Translations under genes and position numbers: made by a program
In this document: positions 47,225 to 57,580 of the stretch, piece after piece
Numbering within the stretch: position 1 is the first letter of the stretch
Layout of the letters: each line of letters begins with the position of its first letter
Source of the DNA: Spirochaetota bacterium
Lineage (GTDB): Bacteria; Spirochaetota; UBA4802; JAFGDQ01
Assembly: GCA_016934735.1 (NCBI GenBank)
Contig: JAFGSG010000063.1
Location: 33,361 to 97,360 of the forward strand
DNA: 64,000 bases
Direction of reading: 5' to 3'
Notes under the pieces: model-generated
Told to the model about the DNA's origin: nothing
Databases searched by the model: none
Seen by the model: only the letters and a program-made list of their open reading frames with translations

Positions 47225-48787
47225 TTACTCCCACTCAATTGTGCTCGGTGGTTTTGAAGAGATATCATAAACAACCCTGTTGACTCCCTTGACTTCGTTT
47301 ATGATCCTGTTCGAGATTGTCCTTAAGAGGCCTTCAGGCAAATACGCCCAGTCCGCTGTCATTGCATCCACCGATGTCACCCCCCTGATTGCAATTACGT
47401 TTTCGTAAGTGCGTTTATCACCCATTACGCCAACGGACTTTACAGGTAAAAATACTGCAAAAATCTGCCACAGTCTATCGTATAATCCGGCTTTTTTTAT
47501 TTCACCAACAAGTATATCATCCGCGTTCTGAAGAATCCCGATTCTTTCCTTTGTTACGTCTCCTATGATCCTGATTGCAAGACCCGGCCCCGGAAACGGA
47601 TGTCTGTATATTATTTCATCCGGCATTCCAAGCTCTTTACCCAGAATCCTGACTTCATCCTTGAACAATTCTTTCAGCGGCTCAATTACCCTGCCTGATT
47701 TTATCAGCTTAAGTACTTCCGGTACCCGGTTATGATGGCTCTTAATAGTATCCGACGGGCCCTTGGTAGATACAGACTCGATTACATCAGGGTACAGAGT
47801 ACCCTGCGCGAGAAAATCGAACTGTCCGATCTTCCTTGCTTCCTGTAAAAATACCTTGATAAACTCCCTGCCGATTATCTTTCTTTTCCTTTCCGGATTT
47901 TCGACACCCTTGAGTTTCCTTAAAAATCTCTCCGACGCGTCAACATAAATTATATTTAAATCAAGATTCTCTTTAAATCTTTTAATGACGATCTCCGCCT
48001 CATTTTTTCTGAGCACGCCGTTGTTCACAAAAACCGGGAACAGCCTGTCTCCGACCGCCTTTTTTAAAAGCACTGCCGCGACCGATGAATCCACGCCGCC
48101 CGAAAGCCCAAGAAGAACGCTTCCGTTCCCGACCTCCTTTCTTACCGAGTCTATCGCCTGCGCAACGAACGACTTCATCGACCAATTGCCCCTGAATCCG
48201 CATATATCGAAAAGAAAGTTTTTCAGTACTTTTTTCCCGCTCACGGTATGATATACTTCAGGATGAAACTGTACACCGTAAATTTTTTCTTTGCTGTTTT
48301 CTATTGCAGCAACTTCCGCATTTTTTGAGCTTGCAAGGATTTTGAATCCGGACGGTGGAGCCGTAACCTTATCGCCATGGCTCATCCACACAGTCTCTTT
48401 TGACTTTAAACCTTTGAATAAAGAGGATTTTCCCCTGATATCTATTACCGCCCTGCCGTATTCTTTTTGGTTCGAAGCTTCCAGCTTTCCGTGAAAAGCG
48501 TCTGTTATAATATAAAGCCCATAGCATATTCCCAGAACTGGAATGCCGAGCTTGAATATCCCGGCAGAAATACGCGGCGCATTCTTTTCATATATTGAAG
48601 AAGGTCCGCCTGAAAGAATTATAGCCCCAGGATTTTCATCTTTAATTCTTTCTAGAGAATAATTATATGGGACTATCTCTGCATAGACCTTCAATTCACG
48701 AACCGATCTGGCAATTAATTGCGTGTATTGCGAACCGAAATCAAGAATGCAGACTTTTTCATCAGCTTTTGCTGCAGGTATTGTCAT
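47225..48787 (-). CDS. guaA: GMP synthase (glutamine-hydrolysing).
   Basis: GATase-1 domain plus ATP-pyrophosphatase motif LSGGVDSSV. C-terminal ...IEWE. Confidence 0.9.
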   Translation of the reverse strand: MTIPAAKADEKVCILDFGSQYTQLIARSVRELKVYAEIVPYNYSLERIKDENPGAIILSGGPSSIYEKNAPRISAGIFKLGIPVLGICYGLYIITDAFHGKLEASNQKEYGRAVIDIRGKSSLFKGLKSKETVWMSHGDKVTAPPSGFKILASSKNAEVAAIENSKEKIYGVQFHPEVYHTVSGKKVLKNFLFDICGFRGNWSMKSFVAQAIDSVRKEVGNGSVLLGLSGGVDSSVAAVLLKKAVGDRLFPVFVNNGVLRKNEAEIVIKRFKENLDLNIIYVDASERFLRKLKGVENPERKRKIIGREFIKVFLQEARKIGQFDFLAQGTLYPDVIESVSTKGPSDTIKSHHNRVPEVLKLIKSGRVIEPLKELFKDEVRILGKELGMPDEIIYRHPFPGPGLAIRIIGDVTKERIGILQNADDILVGEIKKAGLYDRLWQIFAVFLPVKSVGVMGDKRTYENVIAIRGVTSVDAMTADWAYLPEGLLRTISNRIINEVKGVNRVVYDISSKPPSTIEWE

Positions 48788-49320
48788 TCCTTCCCCTTCA
48801 GATCATTTATATATTTCATATAACCCTTTGCATTCAGATCTTTGTTCTTTGCATCAATATTATCCGCCATATTTTCTCTGTATCCGGCTAATTTTAAGGA
48901 ATATTCTTCATTGTTTAAAGCTAAAATGCTCAAAGCGAAAAGAGCAGCATTTCCCCCGCCGGCCTTGCCCGAAGGCATTGCAGCTACCGGTATACCTGAA
49001 GGCATCTGAATAATAGAAAGGATGGAATCAAGACCTCCTGCAATGTTTGTCTCAATCGGCACACCGATTACGGGAAGAACAGTATATGCTGCCACAACCC
49101 CCGGAAGATGAGCCGCACCGCCTGCGGCAGCAATAATTACGCTTATACCGCGTTCTTTAGCCGACCTGACCCATTCTTTGGTTTTATCCGGTGTCCTGTG
49201 AGCAGATGATATTACAATCTCGAAATTAACTCCGAATTTTTCAAGTATGTTAAAGCATTCCGAAATCCTGGGCAGATCGGAATCACTGCCAATAATGACA
49301 CCGATTTCAGGCATAAACAC
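48784..49320 (-). CDS. purE: N5-carboxyaminoimidazole ribonucleotide mutase.
   Basis: IGVIIGSDSDLP and AGGAAHLPGV motifs. Overlaps the guaA start by 4 nt. Confidence 0.85.
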   Translation of the reverse strand: MFMPEIGVIIGSDSDLPRISECFNILEKFGVNFEIVISSAHRTPDKTKEWVRSAKERGISVIIAAAGGAAHLPGVVAAYTVLPVIGVPIETNIAGGLDSILSIIQMPSGIPVAAMPSGKAGGGNAALFALSILALNNEEYSLKLAGYRENMADNIDAKNKDLNAKGYMKYINDLKGKE

Positions 49321-49564
49321 CTCACAAAAATTTAATTATTTTCCAGGCTGAAAAATTGATTATTCGTTAATTTAATCCTGTTAAAAAAACAATACTAAAT
49401 AATATTTTAAAAAAATTCTGTAAAGAATTTTATTCATCCGTTTATAATCTATTTTATGAAAAATGTCTTGCATTTTTCATAAAATTTTTAAATACATACG
49501 GAACTTAAAAGACGAACAAAGTAACATCTTAACCGCGACTATTGCTGTCAGAAAAAGGAGAACG

Positions 49565-50620
49565 ATGAAAATAATATCATATTTTTATAAATTTATCTTT
49601 ATTTTAATTTGCATATCCCCCATAACCGGCTGTTCAAAAGATGCTGCAGATAAATTAAATGACAGCATAGAATTATACAGCCATGAAGATACTACAAAAG
49701 CAAAGATCCGCATAGAAGACTCACTGATCAATTCAGCTCTTATTAGAAAATTTAAAGGACATATCTTTTCATATGGAGAAAATATTATATTTTACAGACA
49801 GAAGAAAACGCTTTATTTTGCCTATCCGCAGGAATTCGATATTGAAATAAATGAAAACTATAACCTGATAAGTTATGATCCCGAACCTGATCAACTGGGC
49901 TTATCTAACGGATATGACATTAAAATATATACTTCCAAAGGTAAACTAATAAAAACATGCGGCCCAGCACCGGATGATAAGTCCATAAAATCTTTTACCA
50001 TTAGCAATAATAATATTTATTATTACAAAGATAAAAAAATCTATGCTTACGATCTGGTATCGGATGATGTAAAACTATTGGCAAACGACAAATCCGCAAA
50101 TGCTTTCAATAAGGAAGCGTATAATGTTAAATTTTATAAAACAGAAAATTTATTGGGTATTGTTACCGGGATTGCAGGCAAATATTATTTAAACGTTTTA
50201 GATTTAAATAACAATTTAATGATATTAACTGATTTAAATATGGCCTCTTCAAAACTATATTTTCAGAATAATGAATTATTTTTAATCAGAGGAAGCGCCG
50301 GCAAATATTTATTAGCCAGGCTTTCTCTTCCATCAAAAAAAATACAAAATCTGTTTGAATTTAAAAATTTAACCGATATTGAATTTTTCGCAGCCGGATT
50401 ACTATTTGAAGACAATGATGGATTAAAACTCATTGAATATGGAAAACCATATAATTATAAAATTCCTTTCCGGTACGGATTATCCGGACAGTGCGGAGGC
50501 AGGCCTGTTATAATATATTTGGATGAATATTACATAATTGATCCGGCAGTATTTTTAGAAAAAATTACTTTAATAAATAATAGGATACCTTCTCTTTTTG
50601 AAGAGACAGTTAAAAAATAA
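49565..50620 (+). CDS. Lipoprotein, hypothetical (Tyr-rich). The start is placed at the internal Met with an aaggag RBS. The track ORF starts at 49463.
   Basis: MKIISYFYKFIFILICISPITGCS lipobox. No recognisable enzyme motif. Confidence 0.45.
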   Translation: MKIISYFYKFIFILICISPITGCSKDAADKLNDSIELYSHEDTTKAKIRIEDSLINSALIRKFKGHIFSYGENIIFYRQKKTLYFAYPQEFDIEINENYNLISYDPEPDQLGLSNGYDIKIYTSKGKLIKTCGPAPDDKSIKSFTISNNNIYYYKDKKIYAYDLVSDDVKLLANDKSANAFNKEAYNVKFYKTENLLGIVTGIAGKYYLNVLDLNNNLMILTDLNMASSKLYFQNNELFLIRGSAGKYLLARLSLPSKKIQNLFEFKNLTDIEFFAAGLLFEDNDGLKLIEYGKPYNYKIPFRYGLSGQCGGRPVIIYLDEYYIIDPAVFLEKITLINNRIPSLFEETVKK

Positions 50621-50766
50621 CAGGAATGTCTTCTTAGTCTTCTTAATTGTATATAGTTCAACCAGTTTACAGTACTACCTGATATTATTATTCGGACTCA
50701 TGCCGACACATGCGAGTAACGAACGCAAATTTTCGCGTAAGATAGTTCGCTGATAACTAAATGACA

Positions 50767-51222
50767 TTATCTGTTCCTCCACTCTCTCTGCATTTCTCGG
50801 TCCACATCCCTTTTCTGAATTGCCCTTCTTTTATCATACTTCGCTTTTCCTTTTCCCAATCCCAGCAGGACTTTTATTTTCCCGTTCTTAAAATACATCT
50901 GAAGCGGGACAAGAGTCAGCCCCTTTTCCTTTAATTTTCCCGTTAGCCTTTTTATTTCCTGTTTATGCAGCAATAGTTTTCTATCCCTGAGCGGTTCATG
51001 ATTAAAACGGTTGCCTTTCTCGTATTCTGAAATATTAACATTCACAATGAACATCTCACTGTTTATAATTCTCGCATAACCGTCTTCGATGTTAGCTTTT
51101 TTCATACGAAGAGCTTTTACTTCAGTTCCGGTCAGTACAATACCTGCCTCAAATGTATCCAGTATTTCGTATTCAAACCGCGCTTTTTTATTATTCACAA
51201 TCTGCACAACTTTTTCCTGCAT
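50767..51222 (-). CDS. smpB: SsrA-binding protein.
   Basis: N-terminus NKKARFEYEILDTFEAGIVLTGTEVKALR. 151 aa. Confidence 0.9.
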   Translation of the reverse strand: MQEKVVQIVNNKKARFEYEILDTFEAGIVLTGTEVKALRMKKANIEDGYARIINSEMFIVNVNISEYEKGNRFNHEPLRDRKLLLHKQEIKRLTGKLKEKGLTLVPLQMYFKNGKIKVLLGLGKGKAKYDKRRAIQKRDVDREMQREWRNR

Positions 51223-51405
51223 CAGAGCTTCTCCGTAAAAAATTTAAATAACTTTTAAATATCCGATAAGCAGGTGCAATTTACAACTATAAAATTTATA
51301 AAATAAAATAAAACAGTATCCGATTATTATTTTGACATTCTTAATAATTTAGAATATAATTTTTTATAAAAATTGTTATCCTGCTCTTGATTACATAAGA
51401 AACTT

Positions 51406-52983
51406 ATGTTAGAGAATACTGATAAAATCCTGAAAGTGCTTATTGTCGAAGATCAAAAATCAAGTGATATTTTTTTAACTGAACTTTTATTAAAGTCAAA
51501 AAGCTATACTTTTGCCATTGAGTCCGTGGATTCTCTCTCTACCGCTATTGAAAAACTGGAGACCGTCAAATTTGATATTATACTTCTGGATCTGAACCTG
51601 CCGGACAGCACAAATCTGAATACACTGAATGCCATAATTACGAAAAATCCTTCAGTACCCATTATTGTAATAACAGGTAAATATGCAGATGATATAAGTT
51701 CCCAAGCAATTTCGTGCAGAGCACAGGACTTTCTCGTTAAGGGAGATTTTGACGGCAACCTGCTTGATAAAACAATAGGTTTTGCAATTGAGCGGAAAAT
51801 TTTAGAAAGGAATATGATCAATAAAGAACGGGAATTCAGAATGATGATCGAAAACGGATCGGATATAATTTCAATAATCGGCACTGACGGACTCATTTTA
51901 TATAAAAATCCGTCTGTAAAAAACCAGCTTGAATATGACCCGATTGATTTGATAGGCAGAAATATTTTCAGATTCATCCATCCTGATGACAAGCAAATAC
52001 TGATAAACGAATATACTGGCCTTATAAAAAACCTATATTCCACTCTTGTGAAGGAATATAGATTTAAAACTAAAAATAATTCATGGCGCATACTGGAATC
52101 AAAATTTAACCCCATATTTGATGAACACGGCAGCGTGTCGTGCGTAATTATTAATTCAAGAGATATAACTGAACGGAAACAAGCTGAAGATGAAATAAAG
52201 ACACATAAAAACAATCTTGAGGAATTAATTAAAGAACGGACTTTTGAGCTTATGTATTCGCGGGAAATGTCGGAAGCTGCCAATAGGGCAAAAAGCGAAT
52301 TTATTGCCAACATGAGCCATGAGCTTAGAACTCCCCTGAATTCGATAATCGGATTCTCCAAATTAATGGAAACAGGATATAATCCTGATACTTATTATGA
52401 TTATCTCGATAACATAAAAAATTCGGGGTCCCGTCTTCTTGAAATGATTAATAATATTTTAGACCTTATTAAAATTGATGCCGGAAAAATTAAATTCAAA
52501 AAAAGGCCTGTTAGAATAGATACAATTATTAATTCCTGCATTAATACCATCAGAGAAACAACAGAAATGAAAAATCGAAGAATAGAATATATAAACGATA
52601 ACGGCAATCCGGAGATTCTCGGAGATGAAAGCAGACTGGAGCAAATGTTCCTACAGCTTCTATCCAATGCCGTTAAATTTACACAAAATGATGGCCTTAT
52701 AAAAATCGACAGCCGAATAAAAAGTAAGTCTATTGAAGTCAATATTACCGATAATGGAATAGGGATAAAAACAGAATTCCAAAGTCGCATTTTTAACGCG
52801 TTTCAAATGGGGGAACTGGGATTAATTCGGGAAAATAAGGGAGCAGGCATTGGCCTGAGTATTGTAAAAAAAATTATCGATGCCCACGACGGATTGATCT
52901 CAATAATAAGCAAAGAAGGCAAAGGCAGCACATTCATAATCACTATTCCCATAATCACAGCGCAAGTCACGAATCATCATTAA
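51406..52983 (+). CDS. Receiver-PAS-histidine kinase (REC-PAS-HisKA-HATPase_c).
   Basis: Receiver VLIVEDQ...LLDLNLPDS. H-box FIANMSHELRTPLNSIIGF. GAGIGLSIVKKII. Confidence 0.85.
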   Translation: MLENTDKILKVLIVEDQKSSDIFLTELLLKSKSYTFAIESVDSLSTAIEKLETVKFDIILLDLNLPDSTNLNTLNAIITKNPSVPIIVITGKYADDISSQAISCRAQDFLVKGDFDGNLLDKTIGFAIERKILERNMINKEREFRMMIENGSDIISIIGTDGLILYKNPSVKNQLEYDPIDLIGRNIFRFIHPDDKQILINEYTGLIKNLYSTLVKEYRFKTKNNSWRILESKFNPIFDEHGSVSCVIINSRDITERKQAEDEIKTHKNNLEELIKERTFELMYSREMSEAANRAKSEFIANMSHELRTPLNSIIGFSKLMETGYNPDTYYDYLDNIKNSGSRLLEMINNILDLIKIDAGKIKFKKRPVRIDTIINSCINTIRETTEMKNRRIEYINDNGNPEILGDESRLEQMFLQLLSNAVKFTQNDGLIKIDSRIKSKSIEVNITDNGIGIKTEFQSRIFNAFQMGELGLIRENKGAGIGLSIVKKIIDAHDGLISIISKEGKGSTFIITIPIITAQVTNHH

Positions 52984-53010
52984 TTCATTAATTTATACGG
53001 AGATTAAATA

Positions 53011-54285
53011 ATGACCGCAAAAACGGAGAAACTATCAACTAATAGCCAAAATATAATTCACCCTAAAAATCCCATTTTAATACTTGAAGATGTGAAGGAA
53101 AATCAGATTCTCTTAAAAGAGCTTTGCAGGAATATGGGGCTTCCCAGCGAAATCGCAGAAAACGGGCAGGAAGGGCTTGACATCATTGAGGAAAAAACTT
53201 TTTCCATTTTTATTGTAGATTTAATGATGCCTGTAATGGACGGAAAAACATTTATTAAAAAGCTTAAACAAAAAATACCCAATGCAGTTATACTTATTCA
53301 AACCGCACTGGACTCCTCTGAAACCATCATAGAAATCATGAAATTAGGTGTTTTTGATTATATTATCAAACCATTGGATCCTGAAGTATTCCAGAAAGTT
53401 ATTAAAAAAAGCATTGAATACAAACATCTGAAAGATATGGAAAAAGACTTAGCAGACAGTGCGCCGCTTAAAATACGCAATCAGCTCGAATGGCTTAATT
53501 ACAAAGAAGACAGGAGAATAACTGCAAAGGATTATGCCGAGATTAAATCAATATATAATCTAAAAACTTCATTAATGCAGGGAAAGGGATTCGGATCTCT
53601 TCTCAGCATAATTGATATTATTCTAAACACAAAAAAAGAAAAGGGAGCAGATTACTTAATAAATAAAGAATTACTTGATCTGCTGCTTGATAATTACGAA
53701 ACATGCAACACCCAGTTGAACTGGCTTCATGAAATTTCAAATTTACTCGAAAACTTATTTGTTGTAAAAGAAAGCGACTCAGCTGAATTAATCGCAGCAA
53801 TACCCGGCATGTTAACTGAAGTTGCTCCTTACATGAAGAATAAAAATCTAAAAATAACATTCCCTGAGCTTAATACAAAGTGCAGATTGAATTTAAACCT
53901 TGAAAAAATGTCTTTAATAATTGAGGAACTTATTATCAATGCCTATAAATATTCCGTCACCGGAAGCGTTATCAATATATTTTCTTATATTAAAGAAGCA
54001 TATTTATGGATTTGCGTAATGAATGAAGTAAGTGAAAAACCATATGGCGGGATTCCCCAAAAATACGAAAAGCTTGTTCTTGAACCGTTTTTCAGAGTAG
54101 CGCCTCCTGACGAAAGCATCAGCAAAGTAGAAAAATTCAGCCTCGGCCTTGGATTAACGGTTGTCGATAACATAACCAGAAAGCATGGCGGCTTGTTCCT
54201 GATACAGGATGTCAGAAACCATATAGACAATCAGACCAAACTCAGCGTGCTTGCACAAATTATGCTACCTGTTGTTGTTGAATAA
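53011..54285 (+). CDS. Receiver domain protein with a C-terminal HATPase_c-like domain and no recognisable H-box.
   Basis: Receiver ILILEDV...IVDLMMPVMDG. C-terminal GLGLTVVDNITRKHGG ATP-lid-like segment. No HExxxP motif in the linker. Confidence 0.65.
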   Translation: MTAKTEKLSTNSQNIIHPKNPILILEDVKENQILLKELCRNMGLPSEIAENGQEGLDIIEEKTFSIFIVDLMMPVMDGKTFIKKLKQKIPNAVILIQTALDSSETIIEIMKLGVFDYIIKPLDPEVFQKVIKKSIEYKHLKDMEKDLADSAPLKIRNQLEWLNYKEDRRITAKDYAEIKSIYNLKTSLMQGKGFGSLLSIIDIILNTKKEKGADYLINKELLDLLLDNYETCNTQLNWLHEISNLLENLFVVKESDSAELIAAIPGMLTEVAPYMKNKNLKITFPELNTKCRLNLNLEKMSLIIEELIINAYKYSVTGSVINIFSYIKEAYLWICVMNEVSEKPYGGIPQKYEKLVLEPFFRVAPPDESISKVEKFSLGLGLTVVDNITRKHGGLFLIQDVRNHIDNQTKLSVLAQIMLPVVVE

Positions 54286-54292
54286 AACAATG

Positions 54293-56248
54293 TTAGCTAT
54301 AACCTCCGGATGAAATAACTTTACGCAAACTGTTTTTTACAGCGAATATCCCTCCAAATGATATTAAAATTGTTCCAAGCCAGACAAGCCACACGAACCT
54401 TTTAAATGATACCTCTACTATAACGGCATCCGGATGGACAATTGTATTTACCCCAAGCTTTTTCAGCTTGCCATCAGCGCCTGTTTTTTTCTCAATTCCA
54501 CCCGGGCTTCCTTTATATTCCACGGGGGATATATAAATATCTTTAAAAAATCCATAATCTACATAAGGCTCTCTGATAATAGTATCCATCTTTTCGCATA
54601 TATAGTAAGGAGTTTGTATTTCATTTACTTTCTTATTTTTAAGATACTCAAATTTTAATTTGTCTAATCCCGGCTTTTCCAAACCCTTAAAAATTAATTT
54701 TATTGAACCTATCTCGGATTCAATATTTTTTATCAGAATTTTTTGAATTGAATATGAATGCAGATTCGAACTGATTATGCCGAGAATCAAAAGTCCAAGT
54801 CCAAGATGCGCCAAACGCGATGCTGCTGAATAAGACGATCTTTGCATTACAATTTCCGGAACATGCTGAATTATTATAAAAAAAGCCAGAATTGATAAGA
54901 TATAAGAAGATAAATCTGATGTATAAAAAAGATTGAAAAACACTCCGCAGACAAGAGACAGAAAAGATATTATTATCAGACTGATAAACCTTCTCTTTTT
55001 CGGAGTCCTGTAAATTCCTGCGATGATTATTGTTGCTAAAATTAATATTCCGAAAGGCTTTGAAATACCATTATAGAATTTCACGGTTACGGCAGATGCA
55101 TTTGTTAAAAAAATTTGCGATATAACAGGCATTGAAGTTCCGATTAAAACAAAAAACGAATAAAATGAAAGCAGGATAATCCCATAATTTACTATATTAA
55201 TTTCTGATAATATTTTATCTTCAAACGGAACTGTTTTAATATTCCGGCATCTTATTAATAACAAAGAAATGCCAACAATAAAAAAGATAAAAATATATAA
55301 TAATAACCAGCTATTTGACTCAAGTCCGCTGAATGAATGGACGGAAAAATCGGATAATATTCCGCTTCTTGTAAGGAAAGTGGCATAAAAAACCAGCACA
55401 AGGCTTATAACAGCGAGAAAAAGGTTCGTTTTAATTAATAGATCCTTCTTTTTTTGCAGAATAAGCCCATGCATCAGCGCAATCATTGTCAGCCATGGTA
55501 TAAGCGACGAATTCTCAACCGGATCCCAGCCCCAGTACCCGCCCCATCCGAGAACCTTATATGCCCAGTAAGCTCCGAGGAATATTCCGATACCGAGGCT
55601 TGCCACGCAAAAAACTACCCACTTATACGTTTTCAATACCCAATCCGAATAATCATTTCTTATAAGTCCCGCTATTGCGTATGCAAACGGAACACTGGCA
55701 GATGCGTATCCCAGAAAAAGCACAGGAGGATGAATTATCATCCATGGATTTTGCAGCAGAGGATTCAGCCCTGACCCATCAACCGGAATTTGGTTAGGCA
55801 AAATATTGATATTAGTCTGCCATATGGATTCAAAAGGACTATGCTTGAATAAAAGAATTAATAAAAATATTTGAGTCAGAATAATAACAGACGATACTAT
55901 ATCTGAAAAATCATCTTTTATTCTTTTAATTATTGCGCCGATTATAAAAAGAAAAAATACCCACAGAAGAAATGTGCCCTCCTGTCCTGCCCAGAAGGCA
56001 GCAGCCTTATAAATAACATGCAAATCTTTAGATGAATAATTATAGACATAGCTGAAATCAAATCTGTCTGTAAGGAATGCCGTAAAAAGAAGAACTACTG
56101 AAAAAGCAATCAACAAACCGGATGCATAAAATAATATATCCAATGCTTTTGGATATTCTTTTTTTAAAACGAGAATTATACAATTAAAAACAAACAGGAT
56201 CGAAGACACTACAAGCGAAGACACAATTAAAAAAGTACCGATATGCAT
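54293..56248 (-). CDS. ccmF: Cytochrome c-type biogenesis protein CcmF (haem lyase component).
   Basis: WWD domain GWGGYWGWDPVEN. 651 aa polytopic membrane protein. Confidence 0.8.
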   Translation of the reverse strand: MHIGTFLIVSSLVVSSILFVFNCIILVLKKEYPKALDILFYASGLLIAFSVVLLFTAFLTDRFDFSYVYNYSSKDLHVIYKAAAFWAGQEGTFLLWVFFLFIIGAIIKRIKDDFSDIVSSVIILTQIFLLILLFKHSPFESIWQTNINILPNQIPVDGSGLNPLLQNPWMIIHPPVLFLGYASASVPFAYAIAGLIRNDYSDWVLKTYKWVVFCVASLGIGIFLGAYWAYKVLGWGGYWGWDPVENSSLIPWLTMIALMHGLILQKKKDLLIKTNLFLAVISLVLVFYATFLTRSGILSDFSVHSFSGLESNSWLLLYIFIFFIVGISLLLIRCRNIKTVPFEDKILSEINIVNYGIILLSFYSFFVLIGTSMPVISQIFLTNASAVTVKFYNGISKPFGILILATIIIAGIYRTPKKRRFISLIIISFLSLVCGVFFNLFYTSDLSSYILSILAFFIIIQHVPEIVMQRSSYSAASRLAHLGLGLLILGIISSNLHSYSIQKILIKNIESEIGSIKLIFKGLEKPGLDKLKFEYLKNKKVNEIQTPYYICEKMDTIIREPYVDYGFFKDIYISPVEYKGSPGGIEKKTGADGKLKKLGVNTIVHPDAVIVEVSFKRFVWLVWLGTILISFGGIFAVKNSLRKVISSGGYS

Positions 56249-56279
56249 AAAGAATTCTCCGAAAAATTAAAACCGCACC

Positions 56280-56654
56280 CTATTGAACCTTGCTGTATTT
56301 TGAAGGACATTTAACCAAAATTTTATTTGCTTTAAAAATATTTTTCTCCCTGATGTAACTCCCCTGCACCACTATTTGATCCGCTTCCTCCATATTGTTG
56401 GGTTTTACACCTTTATACTGTACATTTAATAAATAACCATCAGCATCGTTAAGATTAAAAATTAAAAATCCTTCTTCGTATTTTATCAGCTTTAATTTAT
56501 TGATTTTTCCAATCACCTGAACATGATTTCCTGACTCAATTGCTTCTTTAAACGATACATAAGGCGTAATTATATTATCCATCGAATAAATCGAATAAAG
56601 TGCAATGCCTGCGCTTAAAATTAAAATACAAATTATGATTATTTTATTTCTCAT
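56280..56654 (-). CDS. ccmE: Haem chaperone CcmE, variant with a C-terminal CxxxY haem-binding motif.
   Basis: N-terminal TM anchor plus OB-fold length. C-terminus ...ILVKCPSKYSKVQ, i.e. C-P-S-K-Y where E. coli has H-D-E-N-Y. Confidence 0.7.
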   Translation of the reverse strand: MRNKIIIICILILSAGIALYSIYSMDNIITPYVSFKEAIESGNHVQVIGKINKLKLIKYEEGFLIFNLNDADGYLLNVQYKGVKPNNMEEADQIVVQGSYIREKNIFKANKILVKCPSKYSKVQ

Positions 56655-56868
56655 CCAGCTTTTTTTCTAATCCTTTCACTTTTCTGTTTAAATAAAAAAG
56701 ATACAGGCTAAGTGCGATCCATGTCAATAGAACTATCAGCATCACCTTAAAGATCACTGCACTGTTATCTGCGGAATTGATTGTGCCGGAATCAGCAGCA
56801 AGAAAATCCTTTAATAAAAAGAAAACAACAACAGTAAAGATAATTATAATATGATCAATTCTTTTCAT
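56644..56868 (-). CDS. ccmD: CcmD-like small single-TM protein.
   Basis: 74 aa. One TM helix. Positioned between ccmC and ccmE. C-terminal charged tail. Confidence 0.45.
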   Translation of the reverse strand: MKRIDHIIIIFTVVVFFLLKDFLAADSGTINSADNSAVIFKVMLIVLLTWIALSLYLFYLNRKVKGLEKKLDEK

Positions 56869-57526
56869 ATTCTTTTTCTTTGATCCTTTGATGAATTTTT
56901 GACAATCTGCCGGCTATGGAAAGCAAATAAAAAAATAAGAAAGTAAAACTCACTGATGATGCTAATAAAGTAATTTTCATTCTATCATCTAATTTAACTG
57001 CAATATCCGGATTAATTATTGTATCTGGATGAAGAGACGTATATACTCTGGGAACGATAAATATTAAAAACGGTACAGCGGCCATAGCGATAACAAGATA
57101 TGATGATGCAAGCTTTCCACGGGAAGGATTATCCGCGAGGGCAGTGCTAAGGCTGAAATACGCAACATATATTAGCAGTAGAATAATAATCGAAGTCTGG
57201 CGGGGATCCCAATTCCAGTACGCGCCCCAGCTTATCTTTGACCATAGTGAGCCTGTGATTACTGTCAGGATCATAAAAATCATTCCTAAAACCGCGGAGT
57301 TATACGCCTTCTCATCAATAAGAAAAAATTTTTTTTTCTTATCATACAAATATATTATTGAATAAACTCCTGAAATAATAAAAGCAAGAGTAGATACCCA
57401 GGCTAGCGGAACATGAAAATATAATATCCTGCCCGCATCTCCCAGGATTTCAGCAGGCGGCGCCCACATGAAAGCCAGGTAAATTGAAAGCGGCATCAGA
57501 AAATAAAAAAAATTTAATATTATCAT
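56855..57526 (-). CDS. ccmC: Haem exporter protein CcmC.
   Basis: WWD motif WGAYWNWDPRQTS. About 220 aa, multi-TM. Confidence 0.8.
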   Translation of the reverse strand: MIILNFFYFLMPLSIYLAFMWAPPAEILGDAGRILYFHVPLAWVSTLAFIISGVYSIIYLYDKKKKFFLIDEKAYNSAVLGMIFMILTVITGSLWSKISWGAYWNWDPRQTSIIILLLIYVAYFSLSTALADNPSRGKLASSYLVIAMAAVPFLIFIVPRVYTSLHPDTIINPDIAVKLDDRMKITLLASSVSFTFLFFYLLSIAGRLSKIHQRIKEKEYEKN

Positions 57527-57580
57527 TCTAATTAGAATTTAACCGTAACTGTTCAGGTATCCTTAGCAGTTGCATTTAAT

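Noticed and set aside
49321-49560. Purine riboswitch upstream of purE.
   Set aside because: The reverse-complemented leader lacks the conserved purine-aptamer segments. No call made.
50621-50766. tmRNA (ssrA) next to smpB.
   Set aside because: The gap is only about 145 bp, far shorter than tmRNA, and lacks the tRNA-like acceptor/T-arm sequence with CCA-proximal G-U pair.
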